Shown: piece by piece, positions 8,771-19,700 of the stretch
Layout of the letters: each line of letters opens with the position of its first letter
Numbering within the stretch: position 1 is the first letter of the stretch
Virus record (IMG/VR): IMGVR_UViG_3300028593_000715
DNA from: an uncultured virus (IMG/VR IMGVR_UViG_3300028593_000715)
Lineage: Duplodnaviria; Heunggongvirae; Uroviricota; Caudoviricetes
DNA length: 64,000 nucleotides
Reading direction: 5' to 3' (one strand)
Position numbers and translations under genes: made by a program
Notes under the pieces: model-generated
What the model was told of the DNA's origin: nothing
Database searches by the model: none
Seen by the model: only the letters and a program-made list of their open reading frames with translations

Positions 8771-9955
8771 TCATGCCTTATTCAGTTTTCCGCTGTATTT
8801 CTTCCCGTCCACAGTGACCTCAACCGTGATGCCTTCATCGGCAGCAGGCGCAGGCGGATTCGGCAGGACTTCCTCCTTGCCGTAGCCGTTCAGCCCCTTC
8901 GCCCTGATGATCGTGGGAAAGTCCTTGTAGCCGATGTCCAGATCGACATTGCCGCTGATGCCTGCAACCTTGCCCTTCTCGGAATGCTGCCAGATGCCGT
9001 ATGCACCGCCGTAGTTGGTCTGGTCGCACCAGTGCGCCAGCCAGATTGTATACCACGATTTGATGTCATCAGCGGTGTGCGTCATGAGCGAGGATGCAGA
9101 ACCGTAGAGACCGACGAAGTATCCCGCTGCCTCCACTCTTTCAAGGAACGCCCGCATAATGGCAGACACCTTTTCCTTGCCGAGGTCAAACTGCTTTTTC
9201 TCCTCAAGGTCAAAATAGACCGGGAACTCAAACTGCTTTCCCTTGATGACGGACAGGAATACATCCGCCTCCTGCCTTGCCTCGTCCTCGTCCATAGCGT
9301 AGGAATACCAGTACGCACCGACCGGAATGCCAGCCGCCTTTGCGCCTGCGTAGTTGTCCTCGAAACGCTCGTCTTTCTGCTTTGCTAGCTTGCCGAAACC
9401 AGCACGGAGAATGGCAAAGCTGATGCCGTCAGCCCTGACCTTCTGCCAGTCAATTGCACCGTTGTGCGCACTCACGTCAATGCCCTTCATATCCTCGCCT
9501 CCGAAATATTCATAGAAATTATCGGTCACGCTGCTGTTGCCCTGCACCTCGTCGCCGTACCACTTTTTGCCGGAGCGCACGTCAACGTGTGTATAAATGT
9601 AGGCAGGCGTGATGTTGGCGATACCGCCGAAGCCGATGTCCTGTGCCTTGCAACAGACGGTCTTGCTGCTAATGGGCTGTCCGTCCTGCCCATAGCAGCA
9701 GATGTCCGCTGCCTTGCCGAGTGTATGCTGTCCCGTGCCGCTGCCCTTGACTGCCTTATCATGAGCAGCACAACGGAAACCGGATGTCACGATGATCTTG
9801 GAGCAATTGAGGGCTGCATAGAGCGTCTCCAGCTTGGTGATGAGATCATCGTCGATCTGAAAATCATGTTCCTTGCCACATTTGCAGCGGAACTCCTGCG
9901 CATTAAAGTGCGGAGAAAGCTGCGTGTTATCGGTATAGCCGTAGGTCTTAATCAT
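8771..9955 (-). CDS. Endolysin: peptidase M15 plus GH25 muramidase
   Basis: SGFRC..H....SGTGQH.LGKAADI..HVDVR (M15); GIDVSAHNG and YFDLEE (GH25). Confidence 0.9.
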   Translation of the reverse strand: MIKTYGYTDNTQLSPHFNAQEFRCKCGKEHDFQIDDDLITKLETLYAALNCSKIIVTSGFRCAAHDKAVKGSGTGQHTLGKAADICCYGQDGQPISSKTVCCKAQDIGFGGIANITPAYIYTHVDVRSGKKWYGDEVQGNSSVTDNFYEYFGGEDMKGIDVSAHNGAIDWQKVRADGISFAILRAGFGKLAKQKDERFEDNYAGAKAAGIPVGAYWYSYAMDEDEARQEADVFLSVIKGKQFEFPVYFDLEEKKQFDLGKEKVSAIMRAFLERVEAAGYFVGLYGSASSLMTHTADDIKSWYTIWLAHWCDQTNYGGAYGIWQHSEKGKVAGISGNVDLDIGYKDFPTIIRAKGLNGYGKEEVLPNPPAPAADEGITVEVTVDGKKYSGKLNKA

Positions 9956-10376
9956 CGTTATCATCCTTTCTCCCTGCCTGTTTTTGCAGGACTTCAATGG
10001 CATTTTTCAGTGCGGGCGGATACGGAATGCCCATGAGCGATGTGTTTTCCACGATGGAAAGCAGCTCGTTTACGCAGAATGCAATGCACACCGCATCACG
10101 CACATAATTCGTATTGAGCAGAATATCCAGACGCACCGCCACAATAATGAGCATGAGAATGCTGCCTTTCTTCGCAAGCCCGTACCAGCCCGCCTTGCTG
10201 TTGAGCTTGCCGGACTTGCTGTGCTTGGACTTGCCCATAGCTCCGGTAATCATTCCGGTTGCAAAGTCAATGCCCATGAAGATGATGAGCGTCACCAGCG
10301 CAGAATCCCAGCCCCCGAACAGGGCTGCAATTCCGCCGCCGATTGCGCCGATCACCGTACAAATGCTTCCTTTCAT
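9948..10376 (-). CDS. Phage holin
   Basis: FGGWD..L..LIIFMGIDFATG and NELLSIVEN; next to lysin. Confidence 0.9.
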   Translation of the reverse strand: MKGSICTVIGAIGGGIAALFGGWDSALVTLIIFMGIDFATGMITGAMGKSKHSKSGKLNSKAGWYGLAKKGSILMLIIVAVRLDILLNTNYVRDAVCIAFCVNELLSIVENTSLMGIPYPPALKNAIEVLQKQAGRKDDNDD

Positions 10377-11044
10377 GTCGTCACCTCCAGTACCTTAACA
10401 GCCCGAATCATCGGGTGTGTGTTGTCCGTCACCGCTTTCCAAGCGAGATAATAGTCGTCAGCAGATACACTGCCGCAGTCGTGCAGCACGGTGATGAAGT
10501 TGCCCACAGAGCCGAGCCAGCCGAACGGAATGGAAATTGCCTCGCCGCCGCTGAGCTTTTCGTGAATGTATCTTGCCGTTTCCGCTGGCGACATCTGCTG
10601 ACTGCTCTTGCGCACCAGCCACATTTCACCTGCATCGGTCGAGCCAGACTTGTAGGTAAGCAGAATCCTGCTTGCAGGTGTGATGCGTACCGGAGTGATA
10701 CACATCGTATAAATGACAGCACCCCAGTTAAAGTCCGGCTGATTGTAGTAAAGCGAGTAGTCATTCTCCGCACAGCAGAAATGTGGATACACATCCGCAA
10801 AGCCCGCAATGCTGCGGTAGCCGTCAATATAAAAAGTGTAGATGCTCTCACCATATGTAGTAAGAGCATCATTGCCGTTGCGGAACAGCGCCACCTCCGG
10901 TTTGCCGGACGGGATCTGCAGCACCTTTGGCACAAGGGTATTCAGCTTTTCGGACTCCGATGCCTGCACACCCATTGTTACAAGGTTCCGGGCAAGCTGA
11001 TCGCGCTGCGCATCCAGCGCCGTCAGATAATTTGCAATGCTCAT
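10373..11044 (-). CDS. Hypothetical tail-associated protein
   Basis: Coupled ORF between tail and lysis genes. Confidence 0.65.
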   Translation of the reverse strand: MSIANYLTALDAQRDQLARNLVTMGVQASESEKLNTLVPKVLQIPSGKPEVALFRNGNDALTTYGESIYTFYIDGYRSIAGFADVYPHFCCAENDYSLYYNQPDFNWGAVIYTMCITPVRITPASRILLTYKSGSTDAGEMWLVRKSSQQMSPAETARYIHEKLSGGEAISIPFGWLGSVGNFITVLHDCGSVSADDYYLAWKAVTDNTHPMIRAVKVLEVTT

Positions 11045-12249
11045 GTCGTCACCTCCACAATAGTCGCAAGTGCCGTCTCTACTCCGGACAGCTCAGTCTC
11101 CACGGCAGAAAGCCGGGGAAGAATATCCGAAATGGATGTGCGGCAGCCCTGCATATCATAGAGGATCTCCGTCTTGAAGCGCTCGAACACGCCCTCATTT
11201 ACACCGACACGCTCATTGAGGTTCATTGCTGCGGAGTATGCCTCTTCCCAGCGGGAAACGTGAGAATCCGTGATGCCGTTCAGAGTTGCGAGGTTGTGAT
11301 GTGAATGTGCCTGTCGCGCCACACTTTCGATACCGTCAAGCATTTCCTGCGTAATACTATCCAGAATGGATTTATTTGCATGAGAATGCGCCTGCGCAGA
11401 AACCTCACTCAGCCCTGTGGATAGGCTGTGCAGTGCGTTGCTGGTCGATGCGCGGAAAGCCGCTTCATCCTGCAAATACTGCTCGGTAATGGTGTCAAGA
11501 ACTTCCTTGTTGTTATGTGTATGCCGCTGCGCATTCAGTGTCAGAAGCTCCTCGTTGATGGTCTGAATCTCATACTGTGTCCTGTCCTCAAACTGCTGCA
11601 AGTCGGAAAGCTCCTGCATCAACTTCGGAGTCATGCGGTCGAGCGTTGCCTTGTTTGCATGAGAATGAAAATCTCCGGTCGCCGCCTCGATCTCGCGCTC
11701 GACAATGATTGTGACCTCTGAGGTTTTCGGGTATTCCGACATATCCGGTGTTTCACCCGGCTCTCCCTTGAGCGATGCCAGCCACTCGGTTTCCGTACCG
11801 ACATATCCATGCTCCACAGCAATTTCATAGGCAGACTTACCGTCAGCGCCGTGTCCCGCTTCCTCGATCTTCTTCAGAAGCTGCGCATACAGATCCGGCG
11901 TCGGCGGAATGGGCGGCTCGTCGTCGCCCACAAAGCCGGAAGGACGGATATTCAGCGTAACCGGCACAGTCGTTGCACGAACAGTCGTGTCGCTTTCGGT
12001 GTCGTAGCCGAACACCGACATTTTTGCAGCGCCGACATGAAGCTCCACAGGCAGATACAGCGATGTGCCATCAGTGCCGAGGACGATATTATAGGTCTCA
12101 TCGCACTGGCTGAACTGCACGACCTTATGAAAGCGCCGCCAGTCTCCGTCAAAGGTAAACTTGAACTGCACATACTGGATCTGATGATCCGCCAGCACCT
12201 CACGCTCCATGATCTCAATGCTCTGGTTCTTTACAAGGAATTTCCACAT
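11041..12249 (-). CDS. Tail fibre/baseplate protein with HxH repeats
   Basis: PPTPDLYAQLL and GKSAYEIAV..G..GTE.EWLASLKG motifs; four HxHxN...L..(I/M)T repeats. Confidence 0.7.
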   Translation of the reverse strand: MWKFLVKNQSIEIMEREVLADHQIQYVQFKFTFDGDWRRFHKVVQFSQCDETYNIVLGTDGTSLYLPVELHVGAAKMSVFGYDTESDTTVRATTVPVTLNIRPSGFVGDDEPPIPPTPDLYAQLLKKIEEAGHGADGKSAYEIAVEHGYVGTETEWLASLKGEPGETPDMSEYPKTSEVTIIVEREIEAATGDFHSHANKATLDRMTPKLMQELSDLQQFEDRTQYEIQTINEELLTLNAQRHTHNNKEVLDTITEQYLQDEAAFRASTSNALHSLSTGLSEVSAQAHSHANKSILDSITQEMLDGIESVARQAHSHHNLATLNGITDSHVSRWEEAYSAAMNLNERVGVNEGVFERFKTEILYDMQGCRTSISDILPRLSAVETELSGVETALATIVEVTT

Positions 12250-13601
12250 TAATCACGCACCTCCGTCCATACTCTGTTTTCACGGTCATATTCCATGTAT
12301 CCGTCAAGGCAAATTACCTTGTCAAGTCCGTGCGGATCGCCCTGACCGCTGTTGTTATCCCAATTACCGTCCTTCGTAACCGTAGCCCAATCCGCAAGGC
12401 TGCCCTCATAAACAAGCTCATGCAGAGGCGTGTAGTTTATCATGTGAGAGCCGATTTTCTTAACATTGTAGCTTAGTATAAGGTTCTGTAAAGGTGTCCC
12501 TACAAAGCAGAAACTGGGAATTTCCTCGCATTCCACACGAGCAGAAGTCAGTGTATGCGAATCCATGAACAGGTAATTTCCGAGCGTTGTCAGCGTTTCC
12601 GGGAGTGTCACAGATGTAAGTGCTTCGCAGGCAAATGCCTTTTCTCCGATGGTTGTAACGGTGGCGGGGAGGTTCAGCACAGTGAGACCACCCTGATCGT
12701 ACATGAAAAACGCACGCTCTCCGATCTCAGTAAGGCTGGTCGGGAAACTTGCCAATGCCATGCTCTTGCAGCGTTCAAACAAACTGTTTCCGATTTTTGT
12801 GATACCGTCAGAGACAACAAGACTTCTGATATTTTCATTCTCCCAGAAAGGCGAACGTCCGATCTCGTAATCATAGGTCTCCCCTGTTCCATGCAGCAGG
12901 AGCTTTCCGTTTTCATAGAGAACATAGTGGATATTCTCGCCACAGGTGCCGATCTCAACAATACCGCCGATGATATCATCGACTTCCGTCTGGAGAGTAT
13001 CGACCTTATTGGTCAGTTCCGCAATGGTCTCGTTGTTCTCCTGAACCTCTGCGACAAGCTGCGCCATCTGCGTCATCAGCTCCGTCACCTTGCACTTGCC
13101 GAGGATACACTGGCAGTAACCGCAGACGTTCTTATCCTCGCGGTAGTCGTACCAGTCTCGCTCAGTAAGCTCTGTTGCTCCCGGATTCAGGCGTACTGCA
13201 TACATAAGCAGACGAGTTTTATTTTCGTCACTTGGCAGCGACGGAAGCGAAGGATTCTCCGCAGGCGTTCCAGGCGTGATTTCGAGAGATACACTGCGGA
13301 CGGATTCTCCCACATCAAGGAGAATAGCAATCGCCACATAGCGAGGAAGCGATTCATCCTGATAGCTTGTCAGGTCGATGCTGTAGCGGGCATCGTTGAT
13401 GAAATAGTGTCCGTCAATCCATGCCTTGCCGGTACCGAGTGTGACTTTCAAACCGGAAGAAGCCGCAGTCAGCTTAAACATCTGACCGTAAGTATCGAGA
13501 ATACCATTACAGATAATAGACGAAAGATACGATGTGAAATCCTCCGCCGTATAGGTGCGGTCAAGCCCCTTTGAATTGAAAAATCCGCTGTAAAAAGCCA
13601 T
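12249..13601 (-). CDS. Tail protein with C-terminal BspA-like leucine-rich repeats
   Basis: SGFFNS..DRTY.AEDF N-terminus; repeats of P.SLT.IGE.AF. Confidence 0.8.
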   Translation of the reverse strand: MAFYSGFFNSKGLDRTYTAEDFTSYLSSIICNGILDTYGQMFKLTAASSGLKVTLGTGKAWIDGHYFINDARYSIDLTSYQDESLPRYVAIAILLDVGESVRSVSLEITPGTPAENPSLPSLPSDENKTRLLMYAVRLNPGATELTERDWYDYREDKNVCGYCQCILGKCKVTELMTQMAQLVAEVQENNETIAELTNKVDTLQTEVDDIIGGIVEIGTCGENIHYVLYENGKLLLHGTGETYDYEIGRSPFWENENIRSLVVSDGITKIGNSLFERCKSMALASFPTSLTEIGERAFFMYDQGGLTVLNLPATVTTIGEKAFACEALTSVTLPETLTTLGNYLFMDSHTLTSARVECEEIPSFCFVGTPLQNLILSYNVKKIGSHMINYTPLHELVYEGSLADWATVTKDGNWDNNSGQGDPHGLDKVICLDGYMEYDRENRVWTEVRD

Positions 13602-13604
13602 ATA

Positions 13605-14717
13605 TCACGCCTCCTTGAAAGTTGGTGTCAGGCTTCTGCCGTTTTGGTCGAAGCCCTCAATCATACCGACGAGCTGTATCTGCGGCTGCATCATACCGAA
13701 GCGCCGGTGCTGCACCGTCACATAGTCACCGACGAAATAATCGCGGTTGTATACATACTGTGTGTTGTGCGCTGCAATATCCGACTCCGATGCCGTTTTC
13801 GGCAGCACCAGCCGTTCCGAGCCTCTTGTTTTCAGCAGTTCGATATACTTCTCCTCCGGAATCGTGATCGTTTCTCCCTCGACCTGCTCTGTCTCGGAAA
13901 TATCGTCCGCATCCACATACACTTCATAGCGGTCAAGATAGGTCGGCTCATCGCCGTCACAATATGTGGTGCGCTTGCGTTCATCACCCTTGCCCTGACC
14001 GAAGATATATGCGAAATTCTTCTGGACGCTGCTGTCCTCCGCATAGCTGAACGAGAGCAGATTGCTGTATGCGTCGGAGAAGATAATATGCGGATTATCC
14101 TCCTGCATGATGCTGCGGTCAGCGCCTTCGGATAGGTCGAACACCATGCGGTACTGCTCCCCGGAGGATTTCACCAGCCGGATATTCGCCGTGCCGCCCA
14201 GCTTCTCGCAGATCGTATACACCCACTGCATCAGGTTTGTGTAAGATATTTGCAGCGTTGCGGTCTGCTCCCAGCAGGTGCCGGTGACCGTTCCGAGGAA
14301 AAGCCCCGGAATCCTGCGATTGTCCGTGAGCAGCGCATTCTGCGTCACGACCTCCCGGACGATTTCGCTGTATGCCTTTGCCGCTGTCACGTTGTAGGTC
14401 GGGTGAATGATGCGCCGTTCCAGCAGGCACATCAAAAAGCGACCACGCACTGTCAGGTAGTCGCCGTTTTCAATATCTGTATTGATCAGCACCGATTCAA
14501 TGATGCCAAAATGCAGGTTATCATCATCACGCCCGACGATTCTGCCGGTCTGGAAAATCTTAGTATTCTGCGGGTTTGCGGCGATATACACCTCAAAGCC
14601 GCCGCACTCGTAATATTCGATATCCCAGAGTAGTGAAGAAAAAGTGTCGCAGATTGCCTCAAGGGTGATCGTCAGCGCATCTTCCTCTGCTGTCATTCGG
14701 TAAACTTCAATCTGCAT
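13605..14717 (-). CDS. Siphovirus ReqiPepy6 Gp37-like minor tail protein
   Basis: SLLW..EYYECG.FE, DRYEVYVDA and YNRDYFVGDYVTV motifs; synteny. Confidence 0.8.
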   Translation of the reverse strand: MQIEVYRMTAEEDALTITLEAICDTFSSLLWDIEYYECGGFEVYIAANPQNTKIFQTGRIVGRDDDNLHFGIIESVLINTDIENGDYLTVRGRFLMCLLERRIIHPTYNVTAAKAYSEIVREVVTQNALLTDNRRIPGLFLGTVTGTCWEQTATLQISYTNLMQWVYTICEKLGGTANIRLVKSSGEQYRMVFDLSEGADRSIMQEDNPHIIFSDAYSNLLSFSYAEDSSVQKNFAYIFGQGKGDERKRTTYCDGDEPTYLDRYEVYVDADDISETEQVEGETITIPEEKYIELLKTRGSERLVLPKTASESDIAAHNTQYVYNRDYFVGDYVTVQHRRFGMMQPQIQLVGMIEGFDQNGRSLTPTFKEA

Positions 14718-14718
14718 A

Positions 14719-15585
14719 CTACACCCCCAGATACGCATTTGTGTGAACAATGGTGACTTTCAGGTTTTGCAGCCCGGTGCCGCGCAGGTAGAAACGGTTT
14801 CTGCCTTCACGCAGCGTCAGCCATGTCGAGCCGGAAACAAGCCGGTTGATGATGTTGGTCTTGACGCCGCCGCGATCAAGCGTGACGGTCTTGTTGCCAG
14901 TCTTGGTCGTCACCGTGATAATATCGCCTGCGAGGATGTCGCCGGTGATTTGCAGATACTCGTCCGTGTCCGCATTATACAGCGTGGGTGATCTGGCGTC
15001 CTCAAGGGCTTCTATCTGCAAGGTGAAGCCGATCTCGTCACCGTCATTTATGATCTCCATGATGTTCTGTGTGTTGAATTTGCCCAGTACAAACGGCTCT
15101 GGGTTGCTCTCTGTCGGGAACGGGAATGTGAATGCGCCTGTGATCTGACTGTAATATGCCATGACGGATTCTGTGGAATACCAGTAGATATCTGGACAGA
15201 GAATAGAAATTTGTCCGGTGACAAGCTGCTCGAAGTTGCTGACCTCACAGGTTTCAACATAGCCCTCAGTGAAAACGTCTATGCCTGCGGTCGCGTAGTA
15301 AATCTTGATGTAGCGGGAGGGTTTCACCACCTTATAAAGCTGATGTCTGCGGGCTTCCACCCCCACACCTCTCATCTCAAAGTGAATGACCACATTCCGC
15401 TTCTCAATGAAAGCGTTGTTGAGGTAGCTGCCATCCATGCCCGCATAGCTGGAGGTGCTGATTGTTCCTGCAGGTGGAGATAAGCCTTCGACTTTTGAAA
15501 TCATATATCTGTTTGCGGTTGTGGTCATGTCAATACGATCACCGCAAATATTTTCAATAAATAATGTGAAAAATATTTTGTACAC
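14719..15585 (-). CDS. Distal tail protein (Dit)
   Basis: Follows the tape measure gene; GYVE..E and ISILCPDIYW motifs. Confidence 0.8.
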   Translation of the reverse strand: MYKIFFTLFIENICGDRIDMTTTANRYMISKVEGLSPPAGTISTSSYAGMDGSYLNNAFIEKRNVVIHFEMRGVGVEARRHQLYKVVKPSRYIKIYYATAGIDVFTEGYVETCEVSNFEQLVTGQISILCPDIYWYSTESVMAYYSQITGAFTFPFPTESNPEPFVLGKFNTQNIMEIINDGDEIGFTLQIEALEDARSPTLYNADTDEYLQITGDILAGDIITVTTKTGNKTVTLDRGGVKTNIINRLVSGSTWLTLREGRNRFYLRGTGLQNLKVTIVHTNAYLGV

Positions 15586-15597
15586 CTCCTGTTATGG

Positions 15598-15626
15598 TTG
15601 ACAATGAATCTCACATGTGATATAAT
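15598..15626 (+). promoter_or_regulatory. Sigma70 promoter of HNH moron
   Basis: TTGACA-17 bp-TATAAT with TGn extension. Confidence 0.8.
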
Positions 15627-15661
15627 ATGTACATTACTCTCGCTACTAAAGGAGGATTAAA

Positions 15662-16740
15662 ATGCAATACAATCAAATTCTATCAGATCTTACGATTGGA
15701 CCGGGTCCGGATCCAATTGGACCTTCGCCTTTTCAAATTCGCAGTATTATAGAACAGGCACTTGTTTCAGATAATTATACTGTAAATTGGATTAACAGAA
15801 AACACCAACCGTATCAATTAACCGTAGACAATGGGACTGGCCAAATTGATTTATATATATACGCATGGAGAATTTCGAATGGAGGTCGTCCTAATCTTCT
15901 AGATGAAAAACGTATACAAATTCAGAAAGGTATTGATGCAACAGGATTTAAGAGACCAATCTCAAATACTGAAAAAACTCTTTTGTTAGGTATCTATGAA
16001 TCTCCTGTGGGACCAGTTTTTGCAGCTTGGGATGCAACATATAATAAAAATTGGGGCGCATCTCAAAAATCGTGCCAAGTTAAGGTTCAAGAATTACTAA
16101 ATGGAATCCGTAATGGCATCAACGAATGTAAAGATTCACACAATAATATAATATATACTTTCATACCATCATACTTGGGTGATTATATTGATTTATTGCA
16201 AAAAGGTAATAGGTTGCAAGCCACAGCAGTTGTTGGTGGCGCAAACGGAACGATCACTAGTGGTTCAATAAAAAAAGCAACTCTTCCTAACAGAAAAAAA
16301 GAGTATTGCGATCAACCAACTCGTTACTCTCTTCTGTTGCAAAAATAAGTACAACTGAAAAAGAGTCTATTATTAAGCAGCGAATTGGTCAAGGACTTTT
16401 TAAAGAACTTCTAAAAAACAAATATGGCTGTAAATGTGCACTTTGTCAGATCACGACAGAATCAATGCTGGTCGCAAGTCATATAAAAAAGTGGTCTGAT
16501 TGTGTTAGCGATTCTGAACGTTTAGACGTAAATAACGGTCTTTTGCTGTGCCCTCATCATGATGCTTTGTTTGATAAACACCTGATTACTTTTGATGAGG
16601 GCACAGGAACACTCATTGTGTCTACGACGTTATCTTCAAGCGAAAAGGCTGCACTTAGTATTGCGAATATACCAAATATTCAAATAACACCAGAAATGAA
16701 ACCATATTTGGCAGATCATCATGCAAAGCTGAAAAAATAG
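15662..16740 (+). CDS. Moron: putative restriction nuclease (N-terminal recognition domain plus C-terminal HNH), split into two frames at A7 16294-16300
   Basis: ORFs 15662-16348 and 16306-16740; RIGQGLFK..CALC..LVASHIKKW..NGLLLCPHHDALFD HNH motif; AT-rich, opposite strand. Confidence 0.8.
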
Positions 16741-16748
16741 TTAACAAG

Positions 16749-19700
16749 TTACGTTCTTATAGCGTTCTTGGTCATACGATAAATTTCCAGCCGCGACAGC
16801 GATTTCGGACTATTATTGGTCTGATTCACTGTCCGGCTGTTGTTATTGTAGTTGTTGACCACAGTCGTGCCGCCTGCGCCTGCCATTGCGCCGGTCACAC
16901 CGGACATATCTACGTTGAAGTCAGAATTCATCGCTATGGTCATAGCATCCGCAACACCGGAAATTGCCTTCTCGACGTACTTTTTGCTCTTGTTGATGCC
17001 CTGTGCCAGTCCTTTCATGAAGTCCGGCATCCAGCTTTCAAACTCCGTCAGAGGTCCCTTGTCAGGAACGGAGAAGTGCAGATAATCGCTGATTGCTCGT
17101 GCCACGTCAGCAACCGTATTGATGAGATTGCCGAGCATATAGTTCAGACCGTTGATAAGGTTCTGCATGAGGTCGCGTCCCCACGACCATGAGCTGTTGA
17201 CCTTTTCCATGACTGCATCATAGACAGCGCTCATTGCATTTCTGACTGCATCACGCACGCCGCCGAGCCTGTCGCCGATGCCGTTTTTGATGTTGTCCCA
17301 GATTGACAGCACAGCATCCTTCACCTGATTCATTGGATTTCTCACGATATCCGGCATTGCATTCCATACAGACTGCACCACGGTTCTGATTGCATTCAGC
17401 GCAGTATTCACAACATCCTTCGCAGCATTCCACGTTGTCGAGATCACATTTTTGATGTCAAGCTGTCCGGTATTGATGAGCGTTTTCATTGCTGTCCAGA
17501 CCGCAGTCACGATCTTTTTGATCCCGTTCAGTGCTGCCTCGATAACAGATGCAGCCGCTTTCCATGTTGTGGTGATGACCTTTTTGATGTTGTCAAGCGC
17601 ATTTTCAACCACAGAAACAATGGCCTTCCATCCGCCTGTGATGCCGTTTTTGATCTGCGACATCGTCGCATTGATCGCAGCATTGGCGTTTGTCCAGACC
17701 GTTTTGACAGTATCAAACACCTGCGTTATGAAGCCCTGCACCGATGCAACAACATTGGACAGAGCGCTCTGAATCACACTGCTGATTTTCTCAGCCAGAC
17801 CGCCTGCAAAGCTGTTGACCGCATCATTGACCACGCTGGTATTTGCGTTGATACCGTCGGCAAGTCCCTGCATGAAGTCCGGCATCCAGCTTTCAAAATC
17901 CGCAAGAGGTCCCTCATCAGGTACAGAGAAGTGCAGGAAGGACTTGATCTTGTTTGCCACGCCCTTGACTGCGTCCGCAACCTTGCCGATACAGTTCTTG
18001 ATGCCGTTGACAATACCGTCGATGATGTCAGCGCCCCACTGGAACGCCTGCGATGCAAGGTTCTTGATGAAGTTCACGGCAGCATTGAAGCCGTTGACGA
18101 TGGTGTCCTTGATTGCCGTGATCTTCTGCGTCACGGCATTTTTCACGCTGTCCCAGATATTCGAAACCGTTGTTTTAATGGTATTCAGGATATTTGTGAC
18201 AGTATTTTTGATACCGTTCCAGATAGAAGAAACGACGGAAGAAATGGTATTCAGCACACCGGAAATAAAACCGCTGATCGCATTCCACACAGCAGAAACA
18301 ACCGCATGAATTGCGTTCAGTGTATTTGTGATATGATCCTTGATGCTGTTCCAGATGCTTGAAATCACTGACCAGATCGCATTGACCACGCCGGAAATGA
18401 ACCCAGAGATCGCGTTCCAGACTGTAGAAATGACATTGCTGATCGCGTCCATCACCGTTGTGATCGCTGTATGAATAGCGTTCCATACAGTTTCAATGAC
18501 GCTCTTGATTGCCCCCAGAACGACCGTCACAACCGCCTTGATGGTTTCCCAGCGCTCCACGATCTTATCGTGAATCCAGTCCATCACGCGGCTGATAATT
18601 ACATGGATTGCCTCAAAAATCGTCTCAAACAGATACCTGAATGCCTCCAGCAGCGGAGAGATAAAGTCGTAAATGGTCTGCCATACAGTTGTGATAACAG
18701 ACCAGATTGCATTCAGAACAGTGGTGATTGCTGTATGAATCGCATTCCATACGACCGTGATAACAGTTTTGATGAGGTTGATTTTCTCTGCGACGCTGTT
18801 GTAAATCGCTGTCCAGATACCGACAAAAAAGTTCTTGATACCCGTCCAGATAGTTGTGAAAAAAATCTTGATCGCGTTGAGGACGGTGCTTACGAAGTTC
18901 TTTATACCGTTCCAGATGTTTACAAAGAAATTCTTGATGCTCGTCCAGACGCCTACCCAGAATTCCTTTACTTCACCAAGATCGGTGCCGAAAATACCGC
19001 AGATCATATTCAGCGCATTTTTCAGCGTATCTTTGATGAAATTCCATACAGCAGAAAAGATACCCTTGATGCCGTCCCACACTCGGCTCCAGTCACCAGT
19101 GAAGATGCCGACGAAAATATCCAGAACACTCAGGATGATGTCTGTCACGGCTTTGAAGATATTTGCAATCTGCTGGAACTGCCCCTCAAAGATCGGTTTC
19201 AGGAACTTGCAGAGTCCGTCCCATACAGCCTTGATGACCTCGGTGATATTTTTGAAGTCGAAGCCCAGCGCGTTGATGCGGTCAACAATGCCCTGACAGA
19301 AGCCTGAAAAGATACTCTTGATCTGCTCCCAGATCGCCGTGATCTTGTTTCGGAAGTCCTCATTCGTGCGCCAGAGATGCACAAAAGCCGCCACCAGTGC
19401 AGCAACAACTGCAATGACAGCGACCACGGGCGCACTGATACCGCCGATGGCAGCACCGAAGGAAGTGAACGCCGCCTTTGCGCTTGCAATGATCGTAGGC
19501 AGGTTTGCTACAAGCTGCATAAGCTTACCGACGCCGACCATGGTTTTGCCGACCACCACAAAGAGAGGTCCGAGTGCTGCCGCTACAAGTGCAACCTTGA
19601 CAATGGTTTCCTTTGTCGCAGGCGACAGCGCATTTAATTTATCAATAAGCCCCTGAATACGGGTAACAATAGACCTGATTGCAGGCATCAGGATTTCACC

